From a virus (taxonomy: Duplodnaviria; Caudoviricetes), in the IMG/VR virus record IMGVR_UViG_3300037419_000783, positions 1 through 32,649 of that record: DNA of 32,649 nt; one strand, 5' to 3'. The position numbers and the translations under genes were made by a program. A model generated the notes under the pieces. It had not been told where the DNA came from and did not search any database. It worked only from the letters and a program-made list of their open reading frames with translations. Of the stretch, positions 1 through 8,284 are shown one piece after another. Position 1 is the stretch's first letter. The number at the start of each line of letters is the position of its first letter.

Positions 1-114
1 GAATTCCCAGCATGTTAACCTTTCCGAGCTAGGGTCCCGCCCAGCCCGTGCTATGGTGACCGCCACAGCGCGGGTTAGAGCCGTCGCGACGTTTGCCGAC
101 GCCGCGGCGGCTTG

Positions 115-504
115 CTATCGAAATGCCTTGATGATCGTGGTGACATTCTCTGCTGTGCGCTTGGTAAAATAGAAACCGATGACGAGATTGGCCGCCCATA
201 GAACCCAGCCAGTGAGAGGGTCGGTTGACCCCAGCCCCATAACCTTGTCCCAGATCAGAAGCTTGGCGTAGTAGAACAGGGTGACGTAGGCGAAGAGCTT
301 CTCGACTTCCCAGGGATGACCGATCTGGGCTACCTTGAGCGACGTGATCGCCTGCGTTTCCGCCGTCTGCGCAGCGATTTCCTGCCCCGCTAGATTTGAA
401 GCCGTTTGCTTATCGGTCGTAGTGGCCTTCAGGTGTTCCCTGTAGGCGCTGATGAGGCCAGAAATCACGGGGCCTCCGATAAAGCTCATGATGGACAGCC
501 ACAT
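115..504 (-). CDS. Membrane protein, putative holin or lysis accessory
   Basis: 129 aa with an N-terminal and two C-terminal hydrophobic segments; coupled to the upstream gene; downstream of endolysin. Confidence 0.6.
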   Translation of the reverse strand: MWLSIMSFIGGPVISGLISAYREHLKATTTDKQTASNLAGQEIAAQTAETQAITSLKVAQIGHPWEVEKLFAYVTLFYYAKLLIWDKVMGLGSTDPLTGWVLWAANLVIGFYFTKRTAENVTTIIKAFR

Positions 505-992
505 CAGGGCTTGACCTCAGCCACGGCCTGCACAGCCTGGTCTTTGGCAACCTCGGCTTTCGCCATGGCCTGAGCAGCGGCCGGCGTGACCTTCGCCTCG
601 GGCACCGCCACTAACTCAAGGGGCTTAGTCGTGGTCTTTCGCAGCCGGACGATGGCAAGGCCGAGCGCGGTTACGAATGCACTTAGCGTGAAGCCGCGCA
701 TGTCAGTGGGGATATGCAGGAAGTCCATAATCCGGGTGGTCACAGGCTCGTAGTTGAGGGTGCTGAAATAGGCCACGAAGCCATCATAGGCTGTGACGAT
801 CAACCCGCCGAACCATACCAGTCGGCCGACCAGCACGGTCTCGCTTTTCTTGAACAAGGCGATTTCATAAGGCTCGATCGCCGTGAAATAGCCCTGTGCC
901 CAAGGCTGCTTCTTGAGCCAAGGCCGGATAACGAGCGCGTATAGGAAGGCCAGCGCCACGATCAGCGCCAGCACAAGCAGGAAGATGGTCAT
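504..992 (-). CDS. Membrane protein of the lysis cassette (holin-like)
   Basis: 162 aa, about 3 hydrophobic segments, immediately after endolysin. Confidence 0.55.
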   Translation of the reverse strand: MTIFLLVLALIVALAFLYALVIRPWLKKQPWAQGYFTAIEPYEIALFKKSETVLVGRLVWFGGLIVTAYDGFVAYFSTLNYEPVTTRIMDFLHIPTDMRGFTLSAFVTALGLAIVRLRKTTTKPLELVAVPEAKVTPAAAQAMAKAEVAKDQAVQAVAEVKP

Positions 993-1000
993 TTTTGCCC

Positions 1001-1927
1001 CTAGTGTTTGAACAGATCGGTGACGCGAGCCCAGAACGTTTCGGCGAGGTTTTCCAGTCTTTCGCCAAGGGTGATGTCAGGCGGGACCGGAATGGTTTTG
1101 ATGGGCTTGCCGGCGCCCAGCGCCTTGTCGAGTGCAGAGAACGTTTCTGGCCCGGTCAAACCATCAACCGTGATGCCGGCGGCAAGTTGGAATGCCCGCA
1201 CAGCATTCCTAGTCGCCGGGCCAACAATCCCATCGAGCACAAGCTTAGGATTAGCTCCCAGCCGGTTGAGGCTGTTCTGAAGCCATACGCCGTCCCGGAT
1301 CGGCTTATCGGTCGGCTGCGGGCTACTCGACTTCGGCTGGATTTGCGGCGCCGGCCCATCGAATGTGATCGACGGGTCGAGCTGCATCATGGTCAGGATC
1401 AGGCCGGCAACGCCCAGTTGGGCATCTACCTTATCTGGATCATAGACGCCATCTGCGATGAACTTGCCACGCTCGTACTGATCGGTCCCGCTCCAGACGT
1501 AAGCGGATGGCTTGTTCCTTGCGGCGTAGCCAAGCCCATTGAACCGCTCAAGGTTCGTGAGCATGCCTGCAATGCTCCAATCCTTGAGCCTGGCGGCATA
1601 GGGCGAGCACTTAACCAAGGCGTCTACTGCGGCTTCCTCGAACGACTTGAATGGTCCCCTGCCCGCCGGGACATGCGTGGACTCCAGGTTCCATGGATCG
1701 CCCTGCGCAAGGCTCTTGCTAAAGTCTTGAGACGACTCACGATAATGGCTGACAGCGATAAACACCCACGCGATGTCAGGCATGCTGGCCGCGCGAGCGA
1801 TGGCGAGATAGCGCCCTTTATTGGCGATAGCCACCTTTGCCGGGCGGCTAAATTCGGCTTCTCGTGTCAGTTTGGCACGCGCCCAGCGGGCCGCATTCGC
1901 CTGCGTCAGGGCGTTGAGGTCTACCAT
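1001..1927 (-). CDS. Endolysin: lysozyme-family domain plus C-terminal peptidoglycan-binding domain
   Basis: HYRES...LAQGDP, ERFNGLGY and SAYVWSGT motifs; PG_binding_1 signature LQNSLNRLG..LDGIVGPAT..AVRAFQ..GITVDGLTGPET. Confidence 0.9.
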   Translation of the reverse strand: MVDLNALTQANAARWARAKLTREAEFSRPAKVAIANKGRYLAIARAASMPDIAWVFIAVSHYRESSQDFSKSLAQGDPWNLESTHVPAGRGPFKSFEEAAVDALVKCSPYAARLKDWSIAGMLTNLERFNGLGYAARNKPSAYVWSGTDQYERGKFIADGVYDPDKVDAQLGVAGLILTMMQLDPSITFDGPAPQIQPKSSSPQPTDKPIRDGVWLQNSLNRLGANPKLVLDGIVGPATRNAVRAFQLAAGITVDGLTGPETFSALDKALGAGKPIKTIPVPPDITLGERLENLAETFWARVTDLFKH

Positions 1928-2005
1928 TGATTGATTCTTCTATTGGTTGAATTGACTTCGGCGCGCAAGTATGCAGTTCATCTGCGCTTCGGTTGGAATT
2001 TGCAG

Positions 2006-2122
2006 ATGAACTTGGTTTCTCGGGTTATGAGAATCCCTCGACAGCGCAGGTTGAGGGTGCTTTGGCGATGGTGGAAGCGAGAGGTACACATTGCTTGGAA
2101 AGGGCCACCACCAGGCTTTTAG
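2006..2122 (+). CDS. Possible 38-aa cationic Trp-rich peptide
   Basis: MNLVSRVMRIPRQRRLRVLWRWWKREVHIAWKGPPPGF fills the gap before the endolysin; promoter-like TTGAAT-17-TATGCA at 1947-1975. Confidence 0.3.
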   Translation: MNLVSRVMRIPRQRRLRVLWRWWKREVHIAWKGPPPGF

Positions 2123-3051
2123 AACGGCGCTCCGCTGGCGTGCATGGCGTTGTAGATCAGTGTGGCTGCGCTCGCTGCCCCTGCATCGTTGAAATGCAGA
2201 TTATCGAAGCGGCTGCCAGAACCGATCGTGTCGAGATTGCCACTCGCGAATACCGTCGAATTGTCAATGACCGCCGCCTGCGCCGCCTGAACGGCGCTTG
2301 ATGTCGAGCCGGTTACGTAAGTCTCGGTCGCCACAAAAAACCTGCCCGTAAACGGATTGATCGAGCAGTTTCGCACGTTGGAAATGACTGTCGATAGCGC
2401 CGTTTGATAAGCGGACTGGCTGGTCGCAAGCGTCGTATCGGTCTCGCCCTGCCCCCATTCGATCGCCACTGTGACATTGCTCTGCGCAGTGAACCCTCGC
2501 GCACTCAATCGCGCCATGGCAACGCATAGACGGTTCTTGAGGTTTCCGGTCGCCCAGTCCGCAATACTGCTGCCGCTGATCGCAAGCGGCACTACGATGA
2601 CACGATCGAACGCACCGGCTGTGATGAACTTATCCGCTATGCGGGCGCCGAGATGGCCGGAGCCGGCGCCCCCGCCGCACGGCCCCTGATAGGTAGAGCC
2701 GAGTGGCGGATCAGCCCAAGCGTAGACCGACCCGTCATAGATGCTGAAATTGTCGATCGCGCTTCCGTTCGTGGGCGTGTAGGCGCTCGGATTGACCGCC
2801 ACACGATTGGACTGCCCGGCCAAGATTAGAACGAGGTTCTTGATGCCGGTATTGATAGTCAAGTTGCGGACGGTCTTCCCGGTCGTATTGGTGTAACCAC
2901 GGTTGGACATCCACGAGCATGTACTAGCCGCCGGCAACTCGTTCAGGACAAACGGATCGGGCGGCGCTACCCCTGAAAAGCTCTGCGCATTTGCCGGGGC
3001 CGCCAGCAGAAACAGAAGAAGACAACTAAACCGTAGCATTCCAGATCTCAC
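2119..3051 (-). CDS. SASA/CE6-type SGNH O-acetylesterase with signal peptide
   Basis: LAGQSN, WGQGETD and DNLHF catalytic motifs; N-terminus MLRFSCLLLFLLAAPANA|QS. Confidence 0.85.
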   Translation of the reverse strand: MRSGMLRFSCLLLFLLAAPANAQSFSGVAPPDPFVLNELPAASTCSWMSNRGYTNTTGKTVRNLTINTGIKNLVLILAGQSNRVAVNPSAYTPTNGSAIDNFSIYDGSVYAWADPPLGSTYQGPCGGGAGSGHLGARIADKFITAGAFDRVIVVPLAISGSSIADWATGNLKNRLCVAMARLSARGFTAQSNVTVAIEWGQGETDTTLATSQSAYQTALSTVISNVRNCSINPFTGRFFVATETYVTGSTSSAVQAAQAAVIDNSTVFASGNLDTIGSGSRFDNLHFNDAGAASAATLIYNAMHASGAPF

Positions 3052-4664
3052 ATCGGCAGCGATAATTCGATGAATGTTGCGGGGGCACCGAACAGATCAG
3101 TCCCACCATTGATTGTGAACGTATGCGCAGTGTCTCCCTGCTCCATCATCTGGACGAAGTGCGAGCCGAGTTGCGGCGGGTACATCGCTGGTGTTTGCTG
3201 CTTGAATAGATACGTGCCAACCGCAATGTTGTTATTGAAGAAGCTGCTATGATCGAGCGTGTTGGTGGCATCGAGTGCCGTCCCGCAGCCTAAGTAAGAC
3301 CCGCTCGCTGAAGGCGAGGTGATGTAGCAGGTCTCATGTACAATGATCGCGTCCGTGGCAGCGCCAGTGACGAATGCCACGCGGTTGCCGGCGCTATTGT
3401 TTGCCGCTCGTGGCGTTCCAGACGAATAGGTCCAGCTCGCCGTACTGTCGGACACCTGAGCCCGTACCGGCATGCGATTGGCCGCATTCCAGATCGAAAG
3501 CCTAGCCGCGCCGCCCCCAGCAGCCGCGCTGCCCGGCGTCCATGAAATTTGTCCGGCGTTACTGGCGTCCGTCAATGTGGTGCCGACATAGGTGCACTGA
3601 TTTACAGCGCATGTGAATGTCGTCGCGTTGCCTGACCGGCACGTCATCGAGTTCTTATTGGTATAAAGCCCGTTGTAGAGCTGCAATTCAGTCGTACCAG
3701 CACCCGCGCCGCGAGATGTGCCGCTCGACCACGCCGGACCAGAGCAGAGCGTCACAACGCTGGAATTCAAACCGACGAACCAATCATAGTTGGTGTTTGC
3801 GGTCCAATTACTGCCGAGCGCGACAGAGAGTCCGACAGCATCTGTCGCCGAGCTGGTGAAGGAATAATTGCGCATAACTGTGCCGTTGTAGATCGGCACC
3901 CAGCCATGTGCAAAGGGCGCGTAATAGATCGTCGTCTGATTGTTAGCCGCCGACTGCATCACAGGCGTGGCGGACGTGACAGTCAAGCGACCTCCAGGAA
4001 TGAGCTGCTGGCCATAGAGCGTGCCCGATGACGTAATTGCCGATCCCGTATCGGTGACGACGTTGCCGCCAGCAGAAATGCTGGTAACTGTGCCAGTACC
4101 CGCCGAGGCATTACATCCAAACGTATGCGTCGCCGTGCTGTAGGTCAGCGCGTTTGAGCAGTTATTGATTGCCAGGGCTGATGCTGTCGTGCTGCCCCAA
4201 TAACCGACAACGGTATCTTGTGTGCCGGTCGCGAGATCGCTGAGGGCCGCCGTTCCGGCAGAGCATGTTCCGGAGCCGGTTCGCTTAATCAATCCGGTTG
4301 AGGCAAGCGCTGCAACGCAGTCCAGATCAGCATCCCACGCCTCGACATTCGTGCCGATCACGAGGCCAAGATTGGTCCGAGCATTCGTCGCGGTCGCGGC
4401 ACCCGTTCCGCCATTCGCGACAGGAAGCGATCCGGTTACACCTGCCGTTAGATCAACGCTGCCGCAATGAGGGTCTGTTGATGCGCCCTGACCAACGATC
4501 GCGATTCCATTGTTGCAGGGGCCTACACTGCCCAAACTCTGGCCGGGGCCTTTCCCGACAGGCACGGCATGATTTGGCACCGCGCCGATGTTCTGCGACT
4601 GTGCAGAGCCGAAGACAATAAAAAAGGCCGCCGCAGCGACCACAAAAGAGCGAATGATGTTCAT
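3048..4664 (-). CDS. Tail fibre/spike-like protein with signal peptide (538 aa)
   Basis: LPVANGGTGAATATNARTNLGL fibre motif; G/S/T/A-rich; start moved to ATG 4664 (TGA-C-ATG coupling) gives MNIIRSFVVAAAAFFIVFGSAQS|Q. Confidence 0.75.
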   Translation of the reverse strand: MNIIRSFVVAAAAFFIVFGSAQSQNIGAVPNHAVPVGKGPGQSLGSVGPCNNGIAIVGQGASTDPHCGSVDLTAGVTGSLPVANGGTGAATATNARTNLGLVIGTNVEAWDADLDCVAALASTGLIKRTGSGTCSAGTAALSDLATGTQDTVVGYWGSTTASALAINNCSNALTYSTATHTFGCNASAGTGTVTSISAGGNVVTDTGSAITSSGTLYGQQLIPGGRLTVTSATPVMQSAANNQTTIYYAPFAHGWVPIYNGTVMRNYSFTSSATDAVGLSVALGSNWTANTNYDWFVGLNSSVVTLCSGPAWSSGTSRGAGAGTTELQLYNGLYTNKNSMTCRSGNATTFTCAVNQCTYVGTTLTDASNAGQISWTPGSAAAGGGAARLSIWNAANRMPVRAQVSDSTASWTYSSGTPRAANNSAGNRVAFVTGAATDAIIVHETCYITSPSASGSYLGCGTALDATNTLDHSSFFNNNIAVGTYLFKQQTPAMYPPQLGSHFVQMMEQGDTAHTFTINGGTDLFGAPATFIELSLPM

Positions 4665-4665
4665 G

Positions 4666-5091
4666 TCAGACCGCGTATCCAGAGCCATCCGAGAGAGGGG
4701 TGAGAACCACGGAGCCGCCATCAGCTCCGATCGTCCATGAGGTGAGATTTCCGTTCAGTTTGTCAGTTCCGGCAACGTTGATTGTAATATTGTTTGTTCC
4801 GGCATCGCCTTTGAAATCCGATATTTTCACAGCCCCGACCTTGCTTGATGCGGCCGGCAGATTCACTGTCGTCGCGCTTCCAACTGTCTTGTTGACAGCT
4901 ATCAGGCTATCTTTGGCCGCGACGGTGACTGTCGCGCCAGACGTTATGATCTGCTGCGTTTGCATAAGAAGTTGCGCAACAAAGAAATCTTCAACGGTAA
5001 TACCGCGCGTGGTTGCGCCATCGATCGCGATCTTATCGCCTGTGGTCGTCGATGTCGCTGCGGGCAAGTCTTTAATGCGCTTGTTCGCCAC
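4666..5091 (-). CDS. Small virion/tail-fibre adaptor-like protein
   Basis: 141 aa; MANKRIKDLPAA N-terminus and TVNLPAA...ISDFKG..GTNNITI beta-domain typical of phage fibre-associated proteins; GGGAG SD. Confidence 0.6.
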   Translation of the reverse strand: MANKRIKDLPAATSTTTGDKIAIDGATTRGITVEDFFVAQLLMQTQQIITSGATVTVAAKDSLIAVNKTVGSATTVNLPAASSKVGAVKISDFKGDAGTNNITINVAGTDKLNGNLTSWTIGADGGSVVLTPLSDGSGYAV

Positions 5092-5094
5092 GTC

Positions 5095-6030
5095 TTAAGC
5101 TCCCGCGAAAAGAAGGAAGTTGCAGACCAGGCTTGGCTGCATGTTATTGTGTGCCGCGCCTCCCCCTGCTAGTGACGTTCGGTCCATATTTACGCCATCC
5201 CATACGCGCACGCCGGTCGCTGCGTTTTGAATTGTTAGTGCCTGAGACACCAAAGCCGCAGTAAGGTTTGGGCCACCGCCAGCAGAAATATTTCCCGAAA
5301 CCGTGAACGGTATCGTTCCTGTATGTGCATGTTGCGGATCGTTGATGAATGCATTGTGTTGGTGAGACGCGAGCTGCGTCGTCGTCAAGGTATGTGTTTC
5401 GGCGCCTCCCTTTGCTCCGATCACTGTGCCATCGACGCCAGAACCTGCCGTTGTGACGAGGCCGGCTGCCGTTCCGCCCATCTTGTCCCATGCAACAGGG
5501 ACACGTCCTCGCGCATCAAGAATTCCGAACGTGGTCGTACCATTTCCATTGTTGAAGGAAGTATTTCCGGCCGCAATTTCGCTCTGCGCAAATGCCCACA
5601 GGTCGGGGTAATCAGCGCGATTGAGCGTTTGGCCGAAAGGCAAGACCGTAAGAGCTGGTGCAGTTGAGCCAGTAAACGGGATAAGCTCTCCGATGAACCT
5701 TGCGCCTCCGATCAATCCGCCCGCGCCGAACTCGGCAACCTTCGTTCCGCCCACTGCCACGCCAATGCCGGAGGCCGTCTTGTAGAGGCCGGTTGACGCA
5801 GCGCTACCGAACTGGACTCCGGGAGACCCGGAAGAACCATCGACAGCCTTGAGCGGTCCAGTCATCGGCGTTGCGCCAGATCGCATTACGCGCTGGGACA
5901 TGGAAGAAGCCAAGTCCTCCAAGGGAGGATTGTGCTGGCTTGCCTGAATCGTCTCGCCGGTTACGGCGAGGTATCCGGTTGGGAGGGAATACACCCCGTT
6001 GGAATCGCTCGGAATGGCCGTTCTCCTCAT
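5095..6030 (-). CDS. Tail fibre protein with collar domain (true start may be ATT at 6015)
   Basis: IGELIPFTG..AP...GQTLNRADYPDLW...GNGTTTFGILDARGRVP, GGAETHTLTTTQLASH and AHNNMQPS collar motifs. Confidence 0.88.
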   Translation of the reverse strand: MRRTAIPSDSNGVYSLPTGYLAVTGETIQASQHNPPLEDLASSMSQRVMRSGATPMTGPLKAVDGSSGSPGVQFGSAASTGLYKTASGIGVAVGGTKVAEFGAGGLIGGARFIGELIPFTGSTAPALTVLPFGQTLNRADYPDLWAFAQSEIAAGNTSFNNGNGTTTFGILDARGRVPVAWDKMGGTAAGLVTTAGSGVDGTVIGAKGGAETHTLTTTQLASHQHNAFINDPQHAHTGTIPFTVSGNISAGGGPNLTAALVSQALTIQNAATGVRVWDGVNMDRTSLAGGGAAHNNMQPSLVCNFLLFAGA

Positions 6031-6057
6031 AGAAAGAGGCCCCCGTCAGGGAGCCTT
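6031..6057 (-). terminator. Intrinsic terminator-like hairpin between ejection and tail genes
   Basis: Minus strand AGGCTCCC-TGAC-GGGGGCCT followed by CTTTCT. Confidence 0.55.
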
Positions 6058-6084
6058 GGAAGGTCGCTTGATTTGCGGTAGTCT
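6056..6084 (+). promoter_or_regulatory. Sigma70-like promoter of the antisense moron (leaderless)
   Basis: TTGGAA-17bp-TAGTCT, then 6 nt to ATG 6091; no SD. Confidence 0.6.
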
Positions 6085-6090
6085 GACCGG

Positions 6091-6294
6091 ATGGCCGGAT
6101 TAATTCAGTGGTTGGCGGTGCTCGCGCTCGGCGCGGTTGTCACGTTTCTCGTCAAGCGCTGGGAAGCATTCGTCGGCGATACCGACATCGCGTTCCTGAT
6201 AGGCTTCCCTGCCATGTGCCTCATTGCCTGGATCTACGACTTGCGCCAGGCACGGTTGCGGAAATCCAATAAGGCGATGACAGAACCCGATTGA
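6091..6294 (+). CDS. Small two-TM membrane protein (moron; possible superinfection exclusion)
   Basis: 67 aa, two hydrophobic helices and a basic tail; own promoter; antisense to the late operon. Confidence 0.65.
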   Translation: MAGLIQWLAVLALGAVVTFLVKRWEAFVGDTDIAFLIGFPAMCLIAWIYDLRQARLRKSNKAMTEPD

Positions 6295-8284
6295 TGGCGC
6301 GGGAGTTCTCGCCCGTCGTTCGAGCCGACTCCAGCAGAGCCCGCGCGACACGTTGAACGGCCGGTCCCTGCGAAGCCAAGATGTTGCCGATCTCGTCCTT
6401 GGTCCGCGCGTTGCTGGCGCCTGAGATCGCCTTGGCGACCATATTGAGCGCCTTCAAACCGACGCCGGTCAGCGTCACATCATGCGGGACGTTGCCGCCC
6501 TCGGCACCGCGCATGGATGCCGCAGCCTCAGTGCGCTGCGCCGTCTGCGAGTTCTGAACGATGTCCTGATAGCTCTGCCGGAAGCGGCGATTGTCCATCA
6601 GCGCTTTCGCCACGTTGGCAACCGGACCTTCGCCGAAGATCGTCTCCAGCTTCTGGCTGTTCCAGTCCTGCGGCGTGCCGATCTTGCGCTCTAGCGCGTT
6701 CAGGTCGTTGACGTTGGTGCCGACCAAGCGGTCTATCTCAGCGCGGGCGCCTTCACGCAAGCGAACGGGAGCAGCGGACGGGCCGATTTGTGTGCCTTGC
6801 GGCAAGGCACCCTGTGCGATTTCGTCGGCAAGCTCGACCGGCCGGATTGCCGTTTTCCCGCTATCGAGGACTTGCGAGCCACGTTGCAGCGCCCCCGACT
6901 GCCGGGATAACTCGGCAAACTGGGCATCAATGTCCTTTATGCCGGGCACCGCTTGGGCCAATTCGGCGTCTACAGCGCGGCGCGCTTCATCAAGTTGCCT
7001 GACTACTTGAGGGTTTGTTTCACTCGCCATCATGCCGTCAATCGCATGGCGCGTGCTGAGCAATGCTCTCGGATGGGGGTCGAGATTGCCGGGTGCGCCG
7101 GGAATATCGAGCATGTCGCGAACTTGACGCACTGCGCGTTGTTCTGGTCCGCGCAAGTTGACCGCAAGCGTGTCCAGTTGCTCGGCGAGCGGCTGTGTAT
7201 TCACTGCCCGAGCGTTTGCCAAGGCCGGTTCATAGTCCTGCGCAACCTGCGCGCGGGAACCGTTGAGATTGGCTTCGATGCGCGACGGGACAGGCGCCGG
7301 ACCCAAGTTAGTATCCAGAGCCTCAGCGAGCCGCTGGCCCGTATTCGCGTCGCGCTCCCGCAGCGCATTGACCAGCGCCGTCCGGCCTGCCCCCGTGCCA
7401 GTGCCAGCACCCTGCCCGAGCCCGAGCATGGCAGGGCCAGCGTCAACTAGCATGGCATCAGGTCCCATCGTGGACTGGTTGCGCATGCCTGCCTCGTCCG
7501 CCTGCGCAGCGGCCCGCAGCAAGGCAGAGGCGCCACGGCTGGCGCCTTCCACGCGCGGCCCGAGGAATGCAGCCCCCGTCCTGTAAAGCCCACCAGCGGC
7601 GGCCCCTGCCAACGGCAGGCCCCCTCCGATCATGGCCCCCGTCGTGGCACCTTTCTTCGCGTTCTCGATGTAGTCGGCGATCCGGTCGGAATATGTGGTG
7701 CCAGCGCCGTGAGCTGCGCCGTAGGCCGCACCCTCTGCGCCATAGCCGAGCACGCGCGGGAGCAAAGCGGGACCGAAACGGCCGGCCAAGGTGATGCCGC
7801 TCTTAAGCAAGCCAGCGCCGCCCACAAGGCCGCCAGCCGCCTCAGCAGCCGCCGCGGCGCCTGGGTTGGCCGCTCTGATCGCCTCCGTCTCGGCCCGCTG
7901 CGCCTTCACGCCAGCGTCATAGGATGGTGCCCGCCCGGTCAGCGCATCCATGCCGCCGGCAAACTTGTCGGCAAGGCCGAAGGTCATGCCATTTGCAGCC
8001 ATCCGCACGCCCTTGTCGAGCACCGAGCCCACGCGGGACATCTGGTCGCCGTAGGACATCCCAGCCTGAACGGGTGTGGCGGTTTCCGCGCCCGTAGGCA
8101 CGCCCATGGCATCGTAGGCTTGCGTTGGGACAGCAGGCGCCGCAGGAGCAACTACGGGGGCCTGCGCTGGAGGCGCAGCTTGACGCAGCCGCGTGATCTC
8201 GCCCGCAAGAGCGCGGGCGGCATCCACGTCTCCCGCTGCGTCAGCGTTGAACAGCGCTTTGCCGAGTTCGTCCAGCGTCGCCAT
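6221..8284 (-). CDS. Large DNA ejection/internal virion protein
   Basis: 687 aa, Ala/Gly-rich; ANGMTFGLADK motif; third of three ORFs in the ejection-protein position. Confidence 0.75.
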   Translation of the reverse strand: MATLDELGKALFNADAAGDVDAARALAGEITRLRQAAPPAQAPVVAPAAPAVPTQAYDAMGVPTGAETATPVQAGMSYGDQMSRVGSVLDKGVRMAANGMTFGLADKFAGGMDALTGRAPSYDAGVKAQRAETEAIRAANPGAAAAAEAAGGLVGGAGLLKSGITLAGRFGPALLPRVLGYGAEGAAYGAAHGAGTTYSDRIADYIENAKKGATTGAMIGGGLPLAGAAAGGLYRTGAAFLGPRVEGASRGASALLRAAAQADEAGMRNQSTMGPDAMLVDAGPAMLGLGQGAGTGTGAGRTALVNALRERDANTGQRLAEALDTNLGPAPVPSRIEANLNGSRAQVAQDYEPALANARAVNTQPLAEQLDTLAVNLRGPEQRAVRQVRDMLDIPGAPGNLDPHPRALLSTRHAIDGMMASETNPQVVRQLDEARRAVDAELAQAVPGIKDIDAQFAELSRQSGALQRGSQVLDSGKTAIRPVELADEIAQGALPQGTQIGPSAAPVRLREGARAEIDRLVGTNVNDLNALERKIGTPQDWNSQKLETIFGEGPVANVAKALMDNRRFRQSYQDIVQNSQTAQRTEAAASMRGAEGGNVPHDVTLTGVGLKALNMVAKAISGASNARTKDEIGNILASQGPAVQRVARALLESARTTGENSRAINRVLSSPYWISATVPGASRRSRQ

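Noticed and set aside
995-1930. 311-aa plus-strand ORF coextensive with the endolysin
   Set aside because: Antisense shadow with no recognisable motifs
4665-4721. Upstream ATG giving the 557-aa version of the fibre protein
   Set aside because: Lies inside the previous gene; ATG 4664 is stop-coupled and gives a clean signal peptide (not proven)
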